Origin: Salinispira sp.
GTDB lineage: Bacteria > Spirochaetota > Spirochaetia > DSM-27196 > Salinispiraceae
Assembly: GCA_965602015.1 (NCBI GenBank)
Contig: OZ271918.1
Span: 3,712,001-3,776,000 of the forward strand
DNA: 64,000 nt
Direction of reading: 5' to 3'
The position numbers and the translations under genes are program-made. Positions 9,312-19,846 of this stretch are shown here, in pieces (within the stretch, counting starts at the first letter, position 1; the number at the start of each line of letters is the position of its first letter). The notes beneath the pieces were generated by a model, which ran no database searches, was not told the DNA's origin, and saw nothing but the letters and a program-made list of their open reading frames with translations.

Positions 9312-10697
9312 ATGGTGGCAATGCAGAATCACATGATAGATGCTCAAAATTTACAGCAGCCCGACGGGGCCTCCGAGAGTTTTGACACCAAGCAGGTCGA
9401 ACTCATCAGGGAAGTCTTTCGTTACGCCCGCCGCTTTGTGGGCAAGCGCTTCGTCTTTCAATTGTCATCCACAGTCATCAACGGCGATGGTTTTCCCGGA
9501 TTGGTCAAGGACCTGGCCATCCTGCACCATGCGGGGATTCACGTCATTCTGATTCCCGGAGCCGGAGAGCGGATCGACCAGCTTCTCGCCCAGTTCGGAC
9601 GCGAGCGGGAATTCGCCCGGGGAATCCGGGTCTCCCACGAGGACAGCATCCCCATTATCAAAATGGCAGCATTCGATTCTGCGAATCATATAATGACCGA
9701 GCTCTCGAGCCACCAGGTGAGCAGCGTTATCGGCAACTGGGTGCGCGCCAGGGCGCTGGGGGTGGTGGACGGTATCGATTATCAAATGACCGGATCCGTA
9801 GAGAAAATCGCCTTTGCCCAAATTGAGCGCATTTTAGCCGACGGGCTTATTCCCATCCTCCCCTGCATCGGGTGGAACTCCGTCGGGCGCGCATATAACA
9901 TTTCCACCAATGAGCTGGCATCCCGGCTGGCCATCGGGCTCGGGGCGGAAAAACTCTTTTTTATCAGCACGGATTTTGAGCTCAAGGCCCGGGATTACTC
10001 CCTGGACATAGAAAATCCCATAGTCGACTCAGGCCGGATTACCCGCTTCGGCATTCAGGACGCCCGACGGTTCATGAAAATAAATGCCGATACCCTTCCC
10101 GGCCTCTGGCATGACATGATTCTCCAGGCCACCGATGCGGCGGAAAAGGGCGTGGACCGGGTCCATATTCTGGACGGCACTATCAACGGAGTGGTGCTGC
10201 GGGAAATATTCAGCACCAGGGGCAGCGGCACCCTGATCCACGTCGACCCCTTCGAGTCGATCCGGCCGATGGAGAATGAGGACATCGGTGATGTGCTGCG
10301 CCTCATGGCCCCGGGCATCGCCTCGGGTAACCTCATACCCCGGAGCCGCGAAGATCTGCAGGCGAGCCGCCGGTACTTCGCGGTGTTCGAGACTGACGGC
10401 TCGATCCGCGGTTGCGGAGCCCTGTTTCCCTGGCAGGATAATCGCGGTGAAATTGCCGGAATGGCCGTTGATCCCGAGGCGGGACACCTGGGAATTGGAA
10501 ATAAAATTCTGCGCTACTTCATCGAACAGGCCAGGGAAACCGGGCTCGACGGACTTTTCGCCCTCACCACTCAGGCCTCGGACTGGTTTCAAAACATGGG
10601 CTTCGAGAGGGGTAGATTGTCCGATCTGCCGGAAGAAAAGCGCAGCACCTATAATGAGGACAGAAACAGCAGAATTTATATCCTGCGGCTGGGCTAA
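9312..10697 (+). CDS. argA: Amino-acid N-acetyltransferase (N-acetylglutamate synthase), AAK + GNAT domains
   Basis: GVVDGIDYQMTGSV, GVDRVHILDG, EIFSTRGSGT, GNAT domain, terminal RNSRIY. Start uncertain (9312/9321/9333). Confidence 0.92.
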   Translation: MVAMQNHMIDAQNLQQPDGASESFDTKQVELIREVFRYARRFVGKRFVFQLSSTVINGDGFPGLVKDLAILHHAGIHVILIPGAGERIDQLLAQFGREREFARGIRVSHEDSIPIIKMAAFDSANHIMTELSSHQVSSVIGNWVRARALGVVDGIDYQMTGSVEKIAFAQIERILADGLIPILPCIGWNSVGRAYNISTNELASRLAIGLGAEKLFFISTDFELKARDYSLDIENPIVDSGRITRFGIQDARRFMKINADTLPGLWHDMILQATDAAEKGVDRVHILDGTINGVVLREIFSTRGSGTLIHVDPFESIRPMENEDIGDVLRLMAPGIASGNLIPRSREDLQASRRYFAVFETDGSIRGCGALFPWQDNRGEIAGMAVDPEAGHLGIGNKILRYFIEQARETGLDGLFALTTQASDWFQNMGFERGRLSDLPEEKRSTYNEDRNSRIYILRLG

Positions 10698-10742
10698 GGC
10701 GAAGGCATTGCCCCGCGGCCTGGTAATCAGCGGAGGTAGCGA

Positions 10743-11984
10743 ATGTTTGGAAAAAAACGATCAGCCAAGGAACCGACCACTTCGGAACACGCTCCGGATA
10801 CAGCGCCAGCCGAGGCTCAGGAAAAGCTCAGCGCGCCCCAGCAGGAAATCTCCAGCGAGTCGGGGAAGCGGAGCGCCAAGGACATCCAGCGCTGGAATTT
10901 CGCAGTTCATCTGTTCAAGCGCTTTCGCGACGGCGAACGGGGCTTTCTCGGCAACGGTATTCAGGGAATTCGGGATGAGTACCGGGAATACCGGGAATTA
11001 AAAGACCAGACGGCGCAAAAATACGAAACCTATGACACGGTTTTAGCCAACGCCACCGACACCAGCGAGTATTATGTGCTTCTGGTACTGTCCTGCCTAA
11101 TCGCCACCTTTGGGCTGCTCGCCGATTCCGCCGCCATAATAATCGGGGCGATGATTGTGGCTCCCCTGATGGGGCCGATATTGGGATTCAGCGCCGCAGT
11201 GCTCTGGGGAAAGGGCCGGGATCTCTGGGAAACCATTACCACCCTGATCAAGGGCGCGGTGCTGGTGCTGGCCATTACCTCGGGGCTGACCTTTATACTG
11301 CCCTATGTGCCCATCGGCGAGCAGATCCTGCTGAGAACCCAGCCCGGACTCATCGATATCGGGGTGGCCATCGCCAGCGGATTGGTGGGGGCGTACGCCT
11401 ATGCAAACCGGAAGATCAGCACCAGCCTAACGGGTGTGGCGATTTCCGTGGCCTTAATGCCGCCGCTGTGCACCGTGGGCATCGGGATAGGAACTCTCAA
11501 CTGGCAGATGGCCGGAGGGGCGGGCCTCCTGTTCGCAATAAACATGCTGGGCATTTCGTTCGCCGCCCTGGTGGTGTTTTTCCTGATCCGCCTGCATCCC
11601 CAGGTCACCATGGACGAGGGAGAGAAAAGCCGTTTTGTCCGCAGGGCCCTGGGTCAGGCCCTGTTTTCACTTATTCTGCTGCTGGCGATTGCGGTTCCCA
11701 TGGTTTTTCTCTCCTACCAGGCTATTGAGATCAACAGCCAGCGCTCGCAGATTTCCGAGCATATCGAACGGCGAATCCTCGAGCAGTTCCCCGGAGCGGA
11801 ATTCGATCTGAGCGTTGAGTACGGCGAGGGCGGCTGGTCTGTGCGCACCCTCATTTACGCATCCGGCGGGGCGGAACTGACAGGTGCACCCGGGGCTTTG
11901 TCCGACAGCTTGTCCAGGGAGTTAACCGAGACCGTTACCGACCAACCGGTGGATCTGGGACTTTTCCTGTTTGATCGTCTATAG
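10743..11984 (+). CDS. DUF389 / TIGR00341 family membrane protein
   Basis: IATFGLLADSAAIIIGAMIVAPLMGPI and GVAISVALMPPL; GGAGG SD. Confidence 0.9.
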   Translation: MFGKKRSAKEPTTSEHAPDTAPAEAQEKLSAPQQEISSESGKRSAKDIQRWNFAVHLFKRFRDGERGFLGNGIQGIRDEYREYRELKDQTAQKYETYDTVLANATDTSEYYVLLVLSCLIATFGLLADSAAIIIGAMIVAPLMGPILGFSAAVLWGKGRDLWETITTLIKGAVLVLAITSGLTFILPYVPIGEQILLRTQPGLIDIGVAIASGLVGAYAYANRKISTSLTGVAISVALMPPLCTVGIGIGTLNWQMAGGAGLLFAINMLGISFAALVVFFLIRLHPQVTMDEGEKSRFVRRALGQALFSLILLLAIAVPMVFLSYQAIEINSQRSQISEHIERRILEQFPGAEFDLSVEYGEGGWSVRTLIYASGGAELTGAPGALSDSLSRELTETVTDQPVDLGLFLFDRL

Positions 11985-13113
11985 CTCCAAGGGCTGAGCT
12001 ACCCCGGCAGGTCAAAATGCGTTTGCCCGACGCCCGTTCATTCATCAGTTCTTCGTGGGCCCGCCCGGCTTCCGTCAGGGGGTATTCCCGGGTGATAACC
12101 GGATTGATGTCTCCGGTGGCTGCGGCTTTTTCCAGCTCCCGGTGAATTAGCAGGTTTTCCCCGTCGCTGTTTCGAAACAGCACAACGCCCCGTACATCCG
12201 CTTCAATGCCCATGGTTTTCCGGGGTGTGACGGTGGTTTCTCCCCGGCTTCCCACTACCATTACCCGGCCTCCCGGGGCAAGCATGCTCAAATCCGCCTC
12301 AAGATTACGATCCGCCCGCATTTCGACAATGACGTCGAATCCGCCGATGCCCCCGGCCAGGGCCGCAAGCTCCCCGGGCCTGCGGTGATCCGCCGCTTCC
12401 CGGGCTCCCCAGCGGCGAACCAGCTCGAGTCCCGCCTCAGACCCGGCGCTTCCCCAAACCGGGTTTCCCAGGTAGCCGCACCACTGCAGACATGCCAGCC
12501 CGACCCCGCCGCTGGCCCCGTGGACCAGCACCTTTTCGCGGGGAACGAGACCGCCCCGGAGAACCAGGGCGCGGTAGGCGGTGAAATAGTTGACGAAAAG
12601 GCCGGCGGCCTTGTTCATGCTCATGCCCAGCGGGACGGGAAAAACCTGGGAGCTTTTTGCCAGGCACCACTGGCCGTATGTCCCGCTGATGGTCCATCCA
12701 GCATAGACCCGGTCGCCGGGCTTGAAGTCAAAAAGCGAGTCTGCGGTGCCCGCGGCGGTAGCTGTGCCCGCGCCGGTAGCTGCTAAATCGGCCGCTGCGC
12801 CAGCCGCCGTGCCCGCGCCGCCTGATGCGCCGGGTCCGCCGGCGGGGTTCCGGACCGGGTCTGTGGCCTGAGTCTCCCGGGCAGCCGACGGGGGTCCCAC
12901 AGCCAGGATTTCACCGGCTCCCTCGAAGCCCGGGCAGAACGGCAGGTCCGGAGTATAGCCCTGGCTGCCCTGGCGCCGGTATACGTCCACGGGGTTTATA
13001 CCCGCGGCGTGAAGCCCGATGAGTATTTCCCCGGGGCCCGGCCGTGGAGCTTCGCTGTCCTGGAGCTCCAGGGCTTCCGGTCCGCCGTAGCGTTCAACAA
13101 GTATTCGTTTCAT
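11935..13113 (-). CDS. NADPH:quinone reductase (zeta-crystallin/MDR family) with Ala/Gly-rich insertion
   Basis: GINPVD, PGFEGAG, VLVHGASGGVG, C-terminal AHEEL...GKRIL; GGAGG SD. Confidence 0.9.
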   Translation of the reverse strand: MKRILVERYGGPEALELQDSEAPRPGPGEILIGLHAAGINPVDVYRRQGSQGYTPDLPFCPGFEGAGEILAVGPPSAARETQATDPVRNPAGGPGASGGAGTAAGAAADLAATGAGTATAAGTADSLFDFKPGDRVYAGWTISGTYGQWCLAKSSQVFPVPLGMSMNKAAGLFVNYFTAYRALVLRGGLVPREKVLVHGASGGVGLACLQWCGYLGNPVWGSAGSEAGLELVRRWGAREAADHRRPGELAALAGGIGGFDVIVEMRADRNLEADLSMLAPGGRVMVVGSRGETTVTPRKTMGIEADVRGVVLFRNSDGENLLIHRELEKAAATGDINPVITREYPLTEAGRAHEELMNERASGKRILTCRGSSALGAIDDQTGKVPDPPVGR

Positions 13114-13208
13114 CGGGTCCTCCTCTGTGCCGGCTGCACGTTCACAGCCGCCTGCTTTGTCCAGTTTACCCTATTTCCCGCTGTTTTTTTTGCCGGGCTG
13201 AGGATACT

Positions 13209-15617
13209 ATGCAGGGTATGCGAACAGTTGTGCCAATAAATGATAAGTGGAAGTACGTCCCGGATTTTTCCGAGGGCTTTACCGCCCGGGGGTTTGATGA
13301 TTCCGCCTGGGATGACATTACTCTCCCTCACAGCAACATCGAGCTGCCCTATAACGGCTTTGATGAGGCCGATTATCAGTTTGTCAGCTGCTACCGGCGA
13401 ATCCTGCAGGTTCCCCCGGAGGCCGCGGGAAAGCGGATCGCTCTCCACTTCGAGGGGGTCATGCTGAGCTGTACGCTGTGGGTCAACGGACGCGAGGCCG
13501 GCTCCCATTACGGGGGATATACCCCGTTTACCATCGACATAAGCGCTTTGGTGAATCCCGGCGAAGACGCCGCTCTTTGCCTCATGGTCGACTCCCGGGA
13601 GCAGGCGGATATTCCCCCTTTCGGCAAGGTAGTGGATTTCCTGACCTACGGGGGCGTCTACCGTGAAGTTCAGATGATAATTTCCGGGGAGAAGTACATC
13701 GAGTCGGCGAGACTGGCGGAATTCATGCGGAGCGCCGAGGGCAGCTACCGGGGGCGATACCGGGTTGAGCTGGGAGGTACCACCGGGGAGGATTGCCTGG
13801 TGCGTTTTCGCCTGAGCAGGGAAGGTCGGGAGCTGCTATCGGTAAATGCTCCGGCCTCCGAGGGAAGGGCGGAGGTAAGCGCCGATCTCTACGGCATCGA
13901 ACTGTGGGACATTGATGCCCCTACGCTCTATGACGCGAGCTTCGAACTGCTCGTGAATGGAGAACTCAATGACTGCCTGGAGATGCGGACGGGCTTTCGT
14001 TTCGCCGAGTTCCGGGATGACGGATTCTACCTCAATAACCGCAAGCTTTCCCTGGTGGGCCTTAATCGGCACCAGAGCTACCCTTACGCGGGATATGCCA
14101 TGCCGGAACGGAACCAAAAAGACGACGCGGACATCCTCAAGTTCCGGCTGGGAGTTAACATGGTCCGCACCAGCCATTATCCCCAATCGAGGCACTTCCT
14201 GGACCGCTGTGACGAGATCGGCCTTGTGGTTATGGAAGAAATTCCCGGCTGGCAGCACATCGGGGAGGGCGTGTGGCTGGATCGGAGCGTGGATGAAACC
14301 CGGGATATGGTGATCCGCGATGCCCACCATCCGTCGATTGTGCTCTGGGGCGTGCGGATAAACGAGAGTCCCGACCACCGCGAACTGTTCAGCCGCACCA
14401 ACGCCGCTGCCCGCCGGCTCGATCCGCTGCGGCAAACAGGGGGCGTGCGCAACTTTGCCGGCAGTGAAGTGCTGGAAGACGTGTACACCTTTAACGACTT
14501 CACCCATGACGGCAGCGCCGGCCCCGTCAGGAGCCGTAAGCAGGTGGCCGGGCGGTCCATGCCCTACCTGATAACCGAGCACAACGGCCACATGTATCCC
14601 ACCAAACGCTTCGATCAGGAACAGCGTCTGACCGAACACGCCCTGCGCCACGGCCGGGTTATCGCCGCGGCGCGCCGGGCGGGAGACGTGGCCGGCGCCA
14701 TCGGCTGGTGCGCCTTCGACTACAACACCCACCGGGAGTTCGGCTCGGGCGACCGGATTTGCTATCACGGGGTTATGGACATGTTCCGCATCCCGAAGTA
14801 CGCCGCCGCCCTCTATGCCAGCCAGATTGATCCGGCTCGGCGCATAGTTATGAAACCCGCCAGCGTGTTCGCCATGGGCGAGAGAAATGAGGCGAAGAAC
14901 CTGCCGGTGTACGTGTTCACCAATTGCGACTACATCAAGGTATTTCGGAACGGCGAGGAGCTGGGAACCTACCGGCGTAATTCCGCTGAGCTGAAAGGTC
15001 TGGCGTACCCCCCCATTGTGATAGACCAGATGGTGGGAAGCAGATTGGAGCGCCATGGTTTCTCAAAAAAAGAGATGGACAGTCTCAAGTCAATTCTCAG
15101 CCTGATATACCGAAGCGGGACTTCGGCTCTTTCGCCGCTGAGGTGGCTTCGCCTGGGTCTGATATTTCTGCGCCATGGCATATCCTTTACCGAAGGCGAG
15201 CGAATTCTCCAAAATGCCAGTACCGGCTGGGGCGACGGCGAACAGCGCTACAAAATAGAGGGCTGGTTCGACGGGCAGTGCCGCAGCGTCCGGGAGTACG
15301 GTTCGTCGGTTGCCGCTCGCCTCAGTGCCCGGGCTGACCATAGCTCTCTTGTGTCCTGCGTTGGGGGCAGGGCATGGGATGCCACCCGGGTTGAGTTCCG
15401 CCTTGAAGATCAGTTCGGCAACCTTATGCCCTTTGTCAACGAGTATCTCGAACTCGAGCTCCAGGGACCTGGCCGAATTATCGGGCCGGAGAAAACCGCC
15501 CTGACCGGAGGGGTTATGGCCGCCTGGGTGAGGGCAGGCAGTCTGCCCGGCACCCTGGTTCTGCGGGCCCGCTGCGGTCGCTTCGCCGCGGAGCCGGTGC
15601 GAATTACCGTAGAATAG
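13209..15617 (+). CDS. Glycoside hydrolase family 2 beta-galactosidase
   Basis: FEGV, HYGGYTPF, GLNRHQ, NMVRTSHYP, HPSIVLWGVRINES, ITEHNGH, GWCAFDY. ATG at 13209 after GAGGA. Confidence 0.92.
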   Translation: MQGMRTVVPINDKWKYVPDFSEGFTARGFDDSAWDDITLPHSNIELPYNGFDEADYQFVSCYRRILQVPPEAAGKRIALHFEGVMLSCTLWVNGREAGSHYGGYTPFTIDISALVNPGEDAALCLMVDSREQADIPPFGKVVDFLTYGGVYREVQMIISGEKYIESARLAEFMRSAEGSYRGRYRVELGGTTGEDCLVRFRLSREGRELLSVNAPASEGRAEVSADLYGIELWDIDAPTLYDASFELLVNGELNDCLEMRTGFRFAEFRDDGFYLNNRKLSLVGLNRHQSYPYAGYAMPERNQKDDADILKFRLGVNMVRTSHYPQSRHFLDRCDEIGLVVMEEIPGWQHIGEGVWLDRSVDETRDMVIRDAHHPSIVLWGVRINESPDHRELFSRTNAAARRLDPLRQTGGVRNFAGSEVLEDVYTFNDFTHDGSAGPVRSRKQVAGRSMPYLITEHNGHMYPTKRFDQEQRLTEHALRHGRVIAAARRAGDVAGAIGWCAFDYNTHREFGSGDRICYHGVMDMFRIPKYAAALYASQIDPARRIVMKPASVFAMGERNEAKNLPVYVFTNCDYIKVFRNGEELGTYRRNSAELKGLAYPPIVIDQMVGSRLERHGFSKKEMDSLKSILSLIYRSGTSALSPLRWLRLGLIFLRHGISFTEGERILQNASTGWGDGEQRYKIEGWFDGQCRSVREYGSSVAARLSARADHSSLVSCVGGRAWDATRVEFRLEDQFGNLMPFVNEYLELELQGPGRIIGPEKTALTGGVMAAWVRAGSLPGTLVLRARCGRFAAEPVRITVE

Positions 15618-15729
15618 CGTGTGCCCTCAGACCGCGGGGAGGCCCGCCGCCGACCCGAACACAGTCAGGCAGCCTATGGTCTTCCGGCGGACTATCTCGC
15701 TTTGTATCGTATTTCCGACGATTTTCCAT

Positions 15730-15758
15730 TTGGCACGAATCACTCATTTTGGTATATT
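15730..15758 (+). promoter_or_regulatory. Sigma70-type promoter of htpG
   Basis: TTGGCA-17 nt-TATATT with a TG upstream of the -10. Confidence 0.5.
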
Positions 15759-15873
15759 CTACCCGCCGCGGCGATGATGGGCTTCTGTGTTATCATCTGC
15801 GGTCCGCTCGACGCTCGGCAGGTACCGGCGCAACTTATTACCATACAAAACAAAAACGAAAAGGAGATTCACG

Positions 15874-17769
15874 ATGGCAACCCATCAGTTTCAGACCGAA
15901 GTAGGTCAGCTTCTTCACCTCATTACCCACTCCCTGTATTCTCACAAGGAAATTTTCATCCGCGAGCTGGTTTCCAATAGCTCGGATGCCCTGGACAAAC
16001 TCAAGTACCTCACCATCACCGACGATGCCATGAAAGAACTGTCCTTCGATCCCAAAATTCATCTGGAGTTTACCGAAGGAGAGAATCCCAGTCTCACAGT
16101 CACCGACAACGGCATCGGAATGAACGAATCCGAGCTCGGTGAGAACCTGGGAACCATCGCCAAAAGCGGCACCAAGGCCTTCCTGGGCCAACTCACCGGC
16201 GACAGCAAGAAAGACAGCAACCTGATCGGTCAGTTCGGTGTGGGATTTTACTCGGCATTTATGGTCGCCGACCGCATTGACGTGTACTCCCGCAAGGCCG
16301 GAGAGGAAACAATCTGGAAATGGACCAGCGACGGCCAGGGCGAGTTCAGCGTGGAAGAGGCCGGCGGAGATGACGCCGAAGCCGCGAAGCTCGAAGCCCA
16401 GGGCACCCGCATCGTCTGTCATTTGAATGACGAGGGCAAGGAGTATGCAAGCCGCTGGAAGGTTCAGGATGTCATCAAGAAATACTCCAACCACATCGCC
16501 TTCCCCATCTTCATGACGTACGAGAAGACCAATTACGACGACAAGGGAAAGGAAACCGGGAAAGAGACCGTAACCGACCAGGTAAACTCAGCCAATGCCC
16601 TGTGGAAGCGCAGCAAGTCGGAAATCAGCGACGAGGATTACAAGGAATTCTACAAGACCATCGGTCATGATCAGGAAGACCCGCTGTTTTGGCTTCACAC
16701 CCAGGCCGAAGGCACCATGGAGTACACCACCCTGTTCTATGTCCCCAAAACCGCACCCATGGACATGAATTATGCCGACTACAAGCCCGGGGTCAAACTT
16801 TATGTGCGCCGGGTATTTATCACCGACGACGAGAAAGAGCTGATGCCCACCTACCTGCGCTTCCTGAGGGGGATTATCGACAGCGAAGATCTGCCCCTGA
16901 ACGTGAGCCGGGAAATCCTGCAGCAAAACCGGGTAATGGCCAATATCAAGAGCGCCTCGGTTAAAAAAGTGCTTTCGGAGCTCAAGCGCATCGCCCTTGA
17001 AGACGGGGACGCCTACAAAGCCTTTATTGAGCAGTACAACCGCCCGCTCAAGGAGGGTCTCTACACCGATTTCGGCCATCGGGAAGATTTGATGGAGCTG
17101 GTCCGGTTCAAGTCTACAAAGGCCGACGGATTTGTCAGTCTGGCGGAATACAAGGACCGTATGCTGCCCGATCAGAAGGCCATCTACTATATCACCGGCG
17201 ATAAGGAATCAACCCTGCGCAATTCGCCGCTCTTGGAAGCGTACAAGAAAAAGGACATCGAAGTTCTGGTGATGGATGACGACATCGATGAAATCGTTGT
17301 TCCCGGGCTGATGAAGTACAAGGAAATCGATCTGAAGGCGGTGAACCGTTCTGATGCCGGCGAAGATCTCAATGAGAAGGCCGATAAAAAGAAGGAAAAG
17401 GAAACCAAGCCGGTGGTCGAAAAGGTCAAAAAGGCCCTTGGCGACCGGGTGAAGGATGTGAAGGTTTCCGTTCGACTTGCCGACAGCCCCAGCTGCATCG
17501 TTGTCGATGAAAACGACCCCACATTCCAGATGCAGTCAATGATGAAGGCCATGGGCCAGGGCGGCGAGGTTCCGGACATCACTCCCATTCTGGAGATCAA
17601 TCCGGATCATGAAATCGTTACCAAGCTCAAAAATATCGAAGACGAGGACAGAATTGCCGACGTAGCCAGCCTGCTTCTCGACCAGGCTCTTCTGGTAGAA
17701 GGGGTTCAGCTCAAGGATCCGGCGGACTTCGTGAAGCGATTGAACCGGGTTATGGGTAACTCGCTGTAA
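15874..17769 (+). CDS. htpG: Molecular chaperone HtpG (Hsp90)
   Basis: SLYSHKEIFIRELVSNSSDA, DNGIGM, GTIAKSGT, IGQFGVGFYSAF, LPLNVSRE; AAGGAG SD. Confidence 0.98.
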   Translation: MATHQFQTEVGQLLHLITHSLYSHKEIFIRELVSNSSDALDKLKYLTITDDAMKELSFDPKIHLEFTEGENPSLTVTDNGIGMNESELGENLGTIAKSGTKAFLGQLTGDSKKDSNLIGQFGVGFYSAFMVADRIDVYSRKAGEETIWKWTSDGQGEFSVEEAGGDDAEAAKLEAQGTRIVCHLNDEGKEYASRWKVQDVIKKYSNHIAFPIFMTYEKTNYDDKGKETGKETVTDQVNSANALWKRSKSEISDEDYKEFYKTIGHDQEDPLFWLHTQAEGTMEYTTLFYVPKTAPMDMNYADYKPGVKLYVRRVFITDDEKELMPTYLRFLRGIIDSEDLPLNVSREILQQNRVMANIKSASVKKVLSELKRIALEDGDAYKAFIEQYNRPLKEGLYTDFGHREDLMELVRFKSTKADGFVSLAEYKDRMLPDQKAIYYITGDKESTLRNSPLLEAYKKKDIEVLVMDDDIDEIVVPGLMKYKEIDLKAVNRSDAGEDLNEKADKKKEKETKPVVEKVKKALGDRVKDVKVSVRLADSPSCIVVDENDPTFQMQSMMKAMGQGGEVPDITPILEINPDHEIVTKLKNIEDEDRIADVASLLLDQALLVEGVQLKDPADFVKRLNRVMGNSL

Positions 17770-17813
17770 TTCGGAGCGCCATGGGCCTCGCCGAAATGAG
17801 GCCGTCCGATTCT

Positions 17814-17841
17814 ACGCCGCGCCTTGTGTGCGGCGTTTTTT
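17814..17841 (+). terminator. Intrinsic terminator after htpG
   Basis: ACGCCGCGC-CTTGT-GTGCGGCGT followed by a T tract. Confidence 0.75.
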
Positions 17842-17888
17842 GTGCCTAAAACTTGCCGCAGCCGCGCTCTTTGCCGTAGAATCAGCCC

Positions 17889-18857
17889 ATGAAACGGATA
17901 TCTTCCCTGCTGCTCCTGCTTATTCTTTTCCCCGCGCTGTTAAGCGGGCAGGATAATCCTTCCTCCTCGGACAGGTTTATCAACACCCTTCTGCCCGGCT
18001 GGTACCAGATTCAGGACGGAAGAACCCTGGAGGGCGCCCTGTATATGAGCGGGTTGCCCATGCTCATCGGCGGGCAGCTACTCGCTGTGCTGTGGGCAGA
18101 AGAATTAAACGCCGACGTCGAGTTCTTCAAGGAAGTGGATGGCCGCCACTATTTTATGTATTCGGAAAGTTTCCGGTCCGGCGGGAACGATCTGCTTTTT
18201 TTTGCGGCGAACGCCGCTACTCTCTGGGGAACATTGCTGTACAGCTACAGCCAGTACGATGTGGCGGTGCGGGAATCCTCAGGCGTCGCGGAATCTCATA
18301 CCCAGCTCGGATTGGGCGAAATTCTGCTTGCTCCATGGCAGCCAAAAAACGTGTTTAATCCCCAGGTGCTGCCGGTGCTGGTCCTGACGAATCTCGTTCC
18401 GCTGTACAGTATTGTTATGGATGGTGAGGCTGAAGCGTTTTTTACCCGGGAGACCGTCCCCTTCCTGGGGCGCCAGGTCAGCCCCGCTTTGGCCTTCGGG
18501 GGCGCCCTGGCGGGCAGTCTTTTCCTTGTGAGCGCCAACGCAGGTTGGGAGGAAATCGTGTTTCGCGGACCCGTTCTCCAACGGCGGGGTCTGACCGCCT
18601 CGTCCCTGCAATTCGGCCTGGTTCATGCGCCTAATGCCCTTGGAACAAATGTGGCAGTGGAAGATACCGCCGGTCAGGTACTGTTCGCCACAGCCTTCGG
18701 ATTTTACGCGGGATACCTGACCGAAGCCAACGGATATGATTTCAGGAGAGCGATGGCTCTCCACTTTTGGCACAATGTTGTTGCCTTCCTTGCGGACTAC
18801 ATCAGCAATCCTGACGAATCACTGATGTTCCGGATAGAACTTAATCTCCGGCGCTGA
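17889..18857 (+). CDS. CPBP (CAAX/Abi) family intramembrane metalloprotease with signal peptide
   Basis: WEEIVFRG, FGLVH and HFWHN motifs. Confidence 0.85.
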   Translation: MKRISSLLLLLILFPALLSGQDNPSSSDRFINTLLPGWYQIQDGRTLEGALYMSGLPMLIGGQLLAVLWAEELNADVEFFKEVDGRHYFMYSESFRSGGNDLLFFAANAATLWGTLLYSYSQYDVAVRESSGVAESHTQLGLGEILLAPWQPKNVFNPQVLPVLVLTNLVPLYSIVMDGEAEAFFTRETVPFLGRQVSPALAFGGALAGSLFLVSANAGWEEIVFRGPVLQRRGLTASSLQFGLVHAPNALGTNVAVEDTAGQVLFATAFGFYAGYLTEANGYDFRRAMALHFWHNVVAFLADYISNPDESLMFRIELNLRR

Positions 18858-19791
18858 CAAGCGCTGACTGGGAGAGAGCAGACACCGGTGACCGGCGGGC
18901 AGCTAGTTTCCGGTGGAGAAAGATTCCCGCAGGATAGAAAATTCCCGCGTACAGAATCCCCGCAGGAATATCCACAAAATAATGGTACCCGCAGTATACC
19001 GCCGCGACAAAAACCAGCAGGCCATTTACCACCACCAGTGAGCGCAGGGGAATTTTGCAGCGCAACGCCGTTATTATCAGCGCCATGGACAGGGCCGCGT
19101 GGGTACTGGGGAAGGCCGCCCCGAAGTGGGGCGTTCGCCGATACAGTTCAGCCATCAGCCTGGTAAAGGAACCGTGCCTGAAGGTTTCGGTGATCGCCAT
19201 AATTTCCGGATCGAAGCGCCCGCCGGCAACCGGAAGCACCAGATAGGTAACGGCGGAAGCGTAAAACACCGTGACCATAGCAAAAATAGATTCGTTGAGC
19301 TTCTCCCGTTTCGCGAAAAACAGATAAAACGGAACCAGTCCGAGAGCGAAGTAATACAGGAAGTATGCTGCGTGAAGGATTTCGGAAATCCAGAAAGAAT
19401 CATAGCGCTCCATCCAGACCCGTGCCGGCTGATACCCGAATAAGAACTGATCAGCGGCGGCGAATGCCGGATCCAGCAATTCGGGAAAAAACAGATTATC
19501 GTAACGGTATATCACCACGTAGAAAAAGAGCATGGTCATTAAGGGGTACCCCAGGCGGAACACGTCGAACACGCTCCGGGCGATACATGCCGGGCCGGTC
19601 AATTTTTCCGATTTCGGGAAGTATGCGTCCCCCCGGGCGAAGACAGGAATCGCCGCCAGGAAGGCCAGCGAGGGTAATAATAGTGACCATAAGTCATTTA
19701 TGGATTCCGCACTGAGAAGTATCGCCGCTATGTTTAGGGCGAAGAACGCCGCGCTGATAAAATCTACCGGTAGAAAATTGAATTTGGGCAT
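18841..19791 (-). CDS. PAP2-family membrane phosphatase/phosphotransferase (AUR1-like)
   Basis: AFPSTH and GYHYFVDI motifs; multiple TM segments. Confidence 0.85.
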   Translation of the reverse strand: MPKFNFLPVDFISAAFFALNIAAILLSAESINDLWSLLLPSLAFLAAIPVFARGDAYFPKSEKLTGPACIARSVFDVFRLGYPLMTMLFFYVVIYRYDNLFFPELLDPAFAAADQFLFGYQPARVWMERYDSFWISEILHAAYFLYYFALGLVPFYLFFAKREKLNESIFAMVTVFYASAVTYLVLPVAGGRFDPEIMAITETFRHGSFTRLMAELYRRTPHFGAAFPSTHAALSMALIITALRCKIPLRSLVVVNGLLVFVAAVYCGYHYFVDIPAGILYAGIFYPAGIFLHRKLAARRSPVSALSQSALVSAGD

Positions 19792-19846
19792 GGGCGATTC
19801 TATCAGCGTTCATCCTGCAGGAGAATGGCTTAATTAACGAAATTCC

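Noticed and set aside
15725..15760. CIRCE or sigma54 site before htpG
   Set aside because: TTGGCAC is present but the GAGTGCTAA half-site and the -12 TTGC are absent; it fits a sigma70 -35 better.
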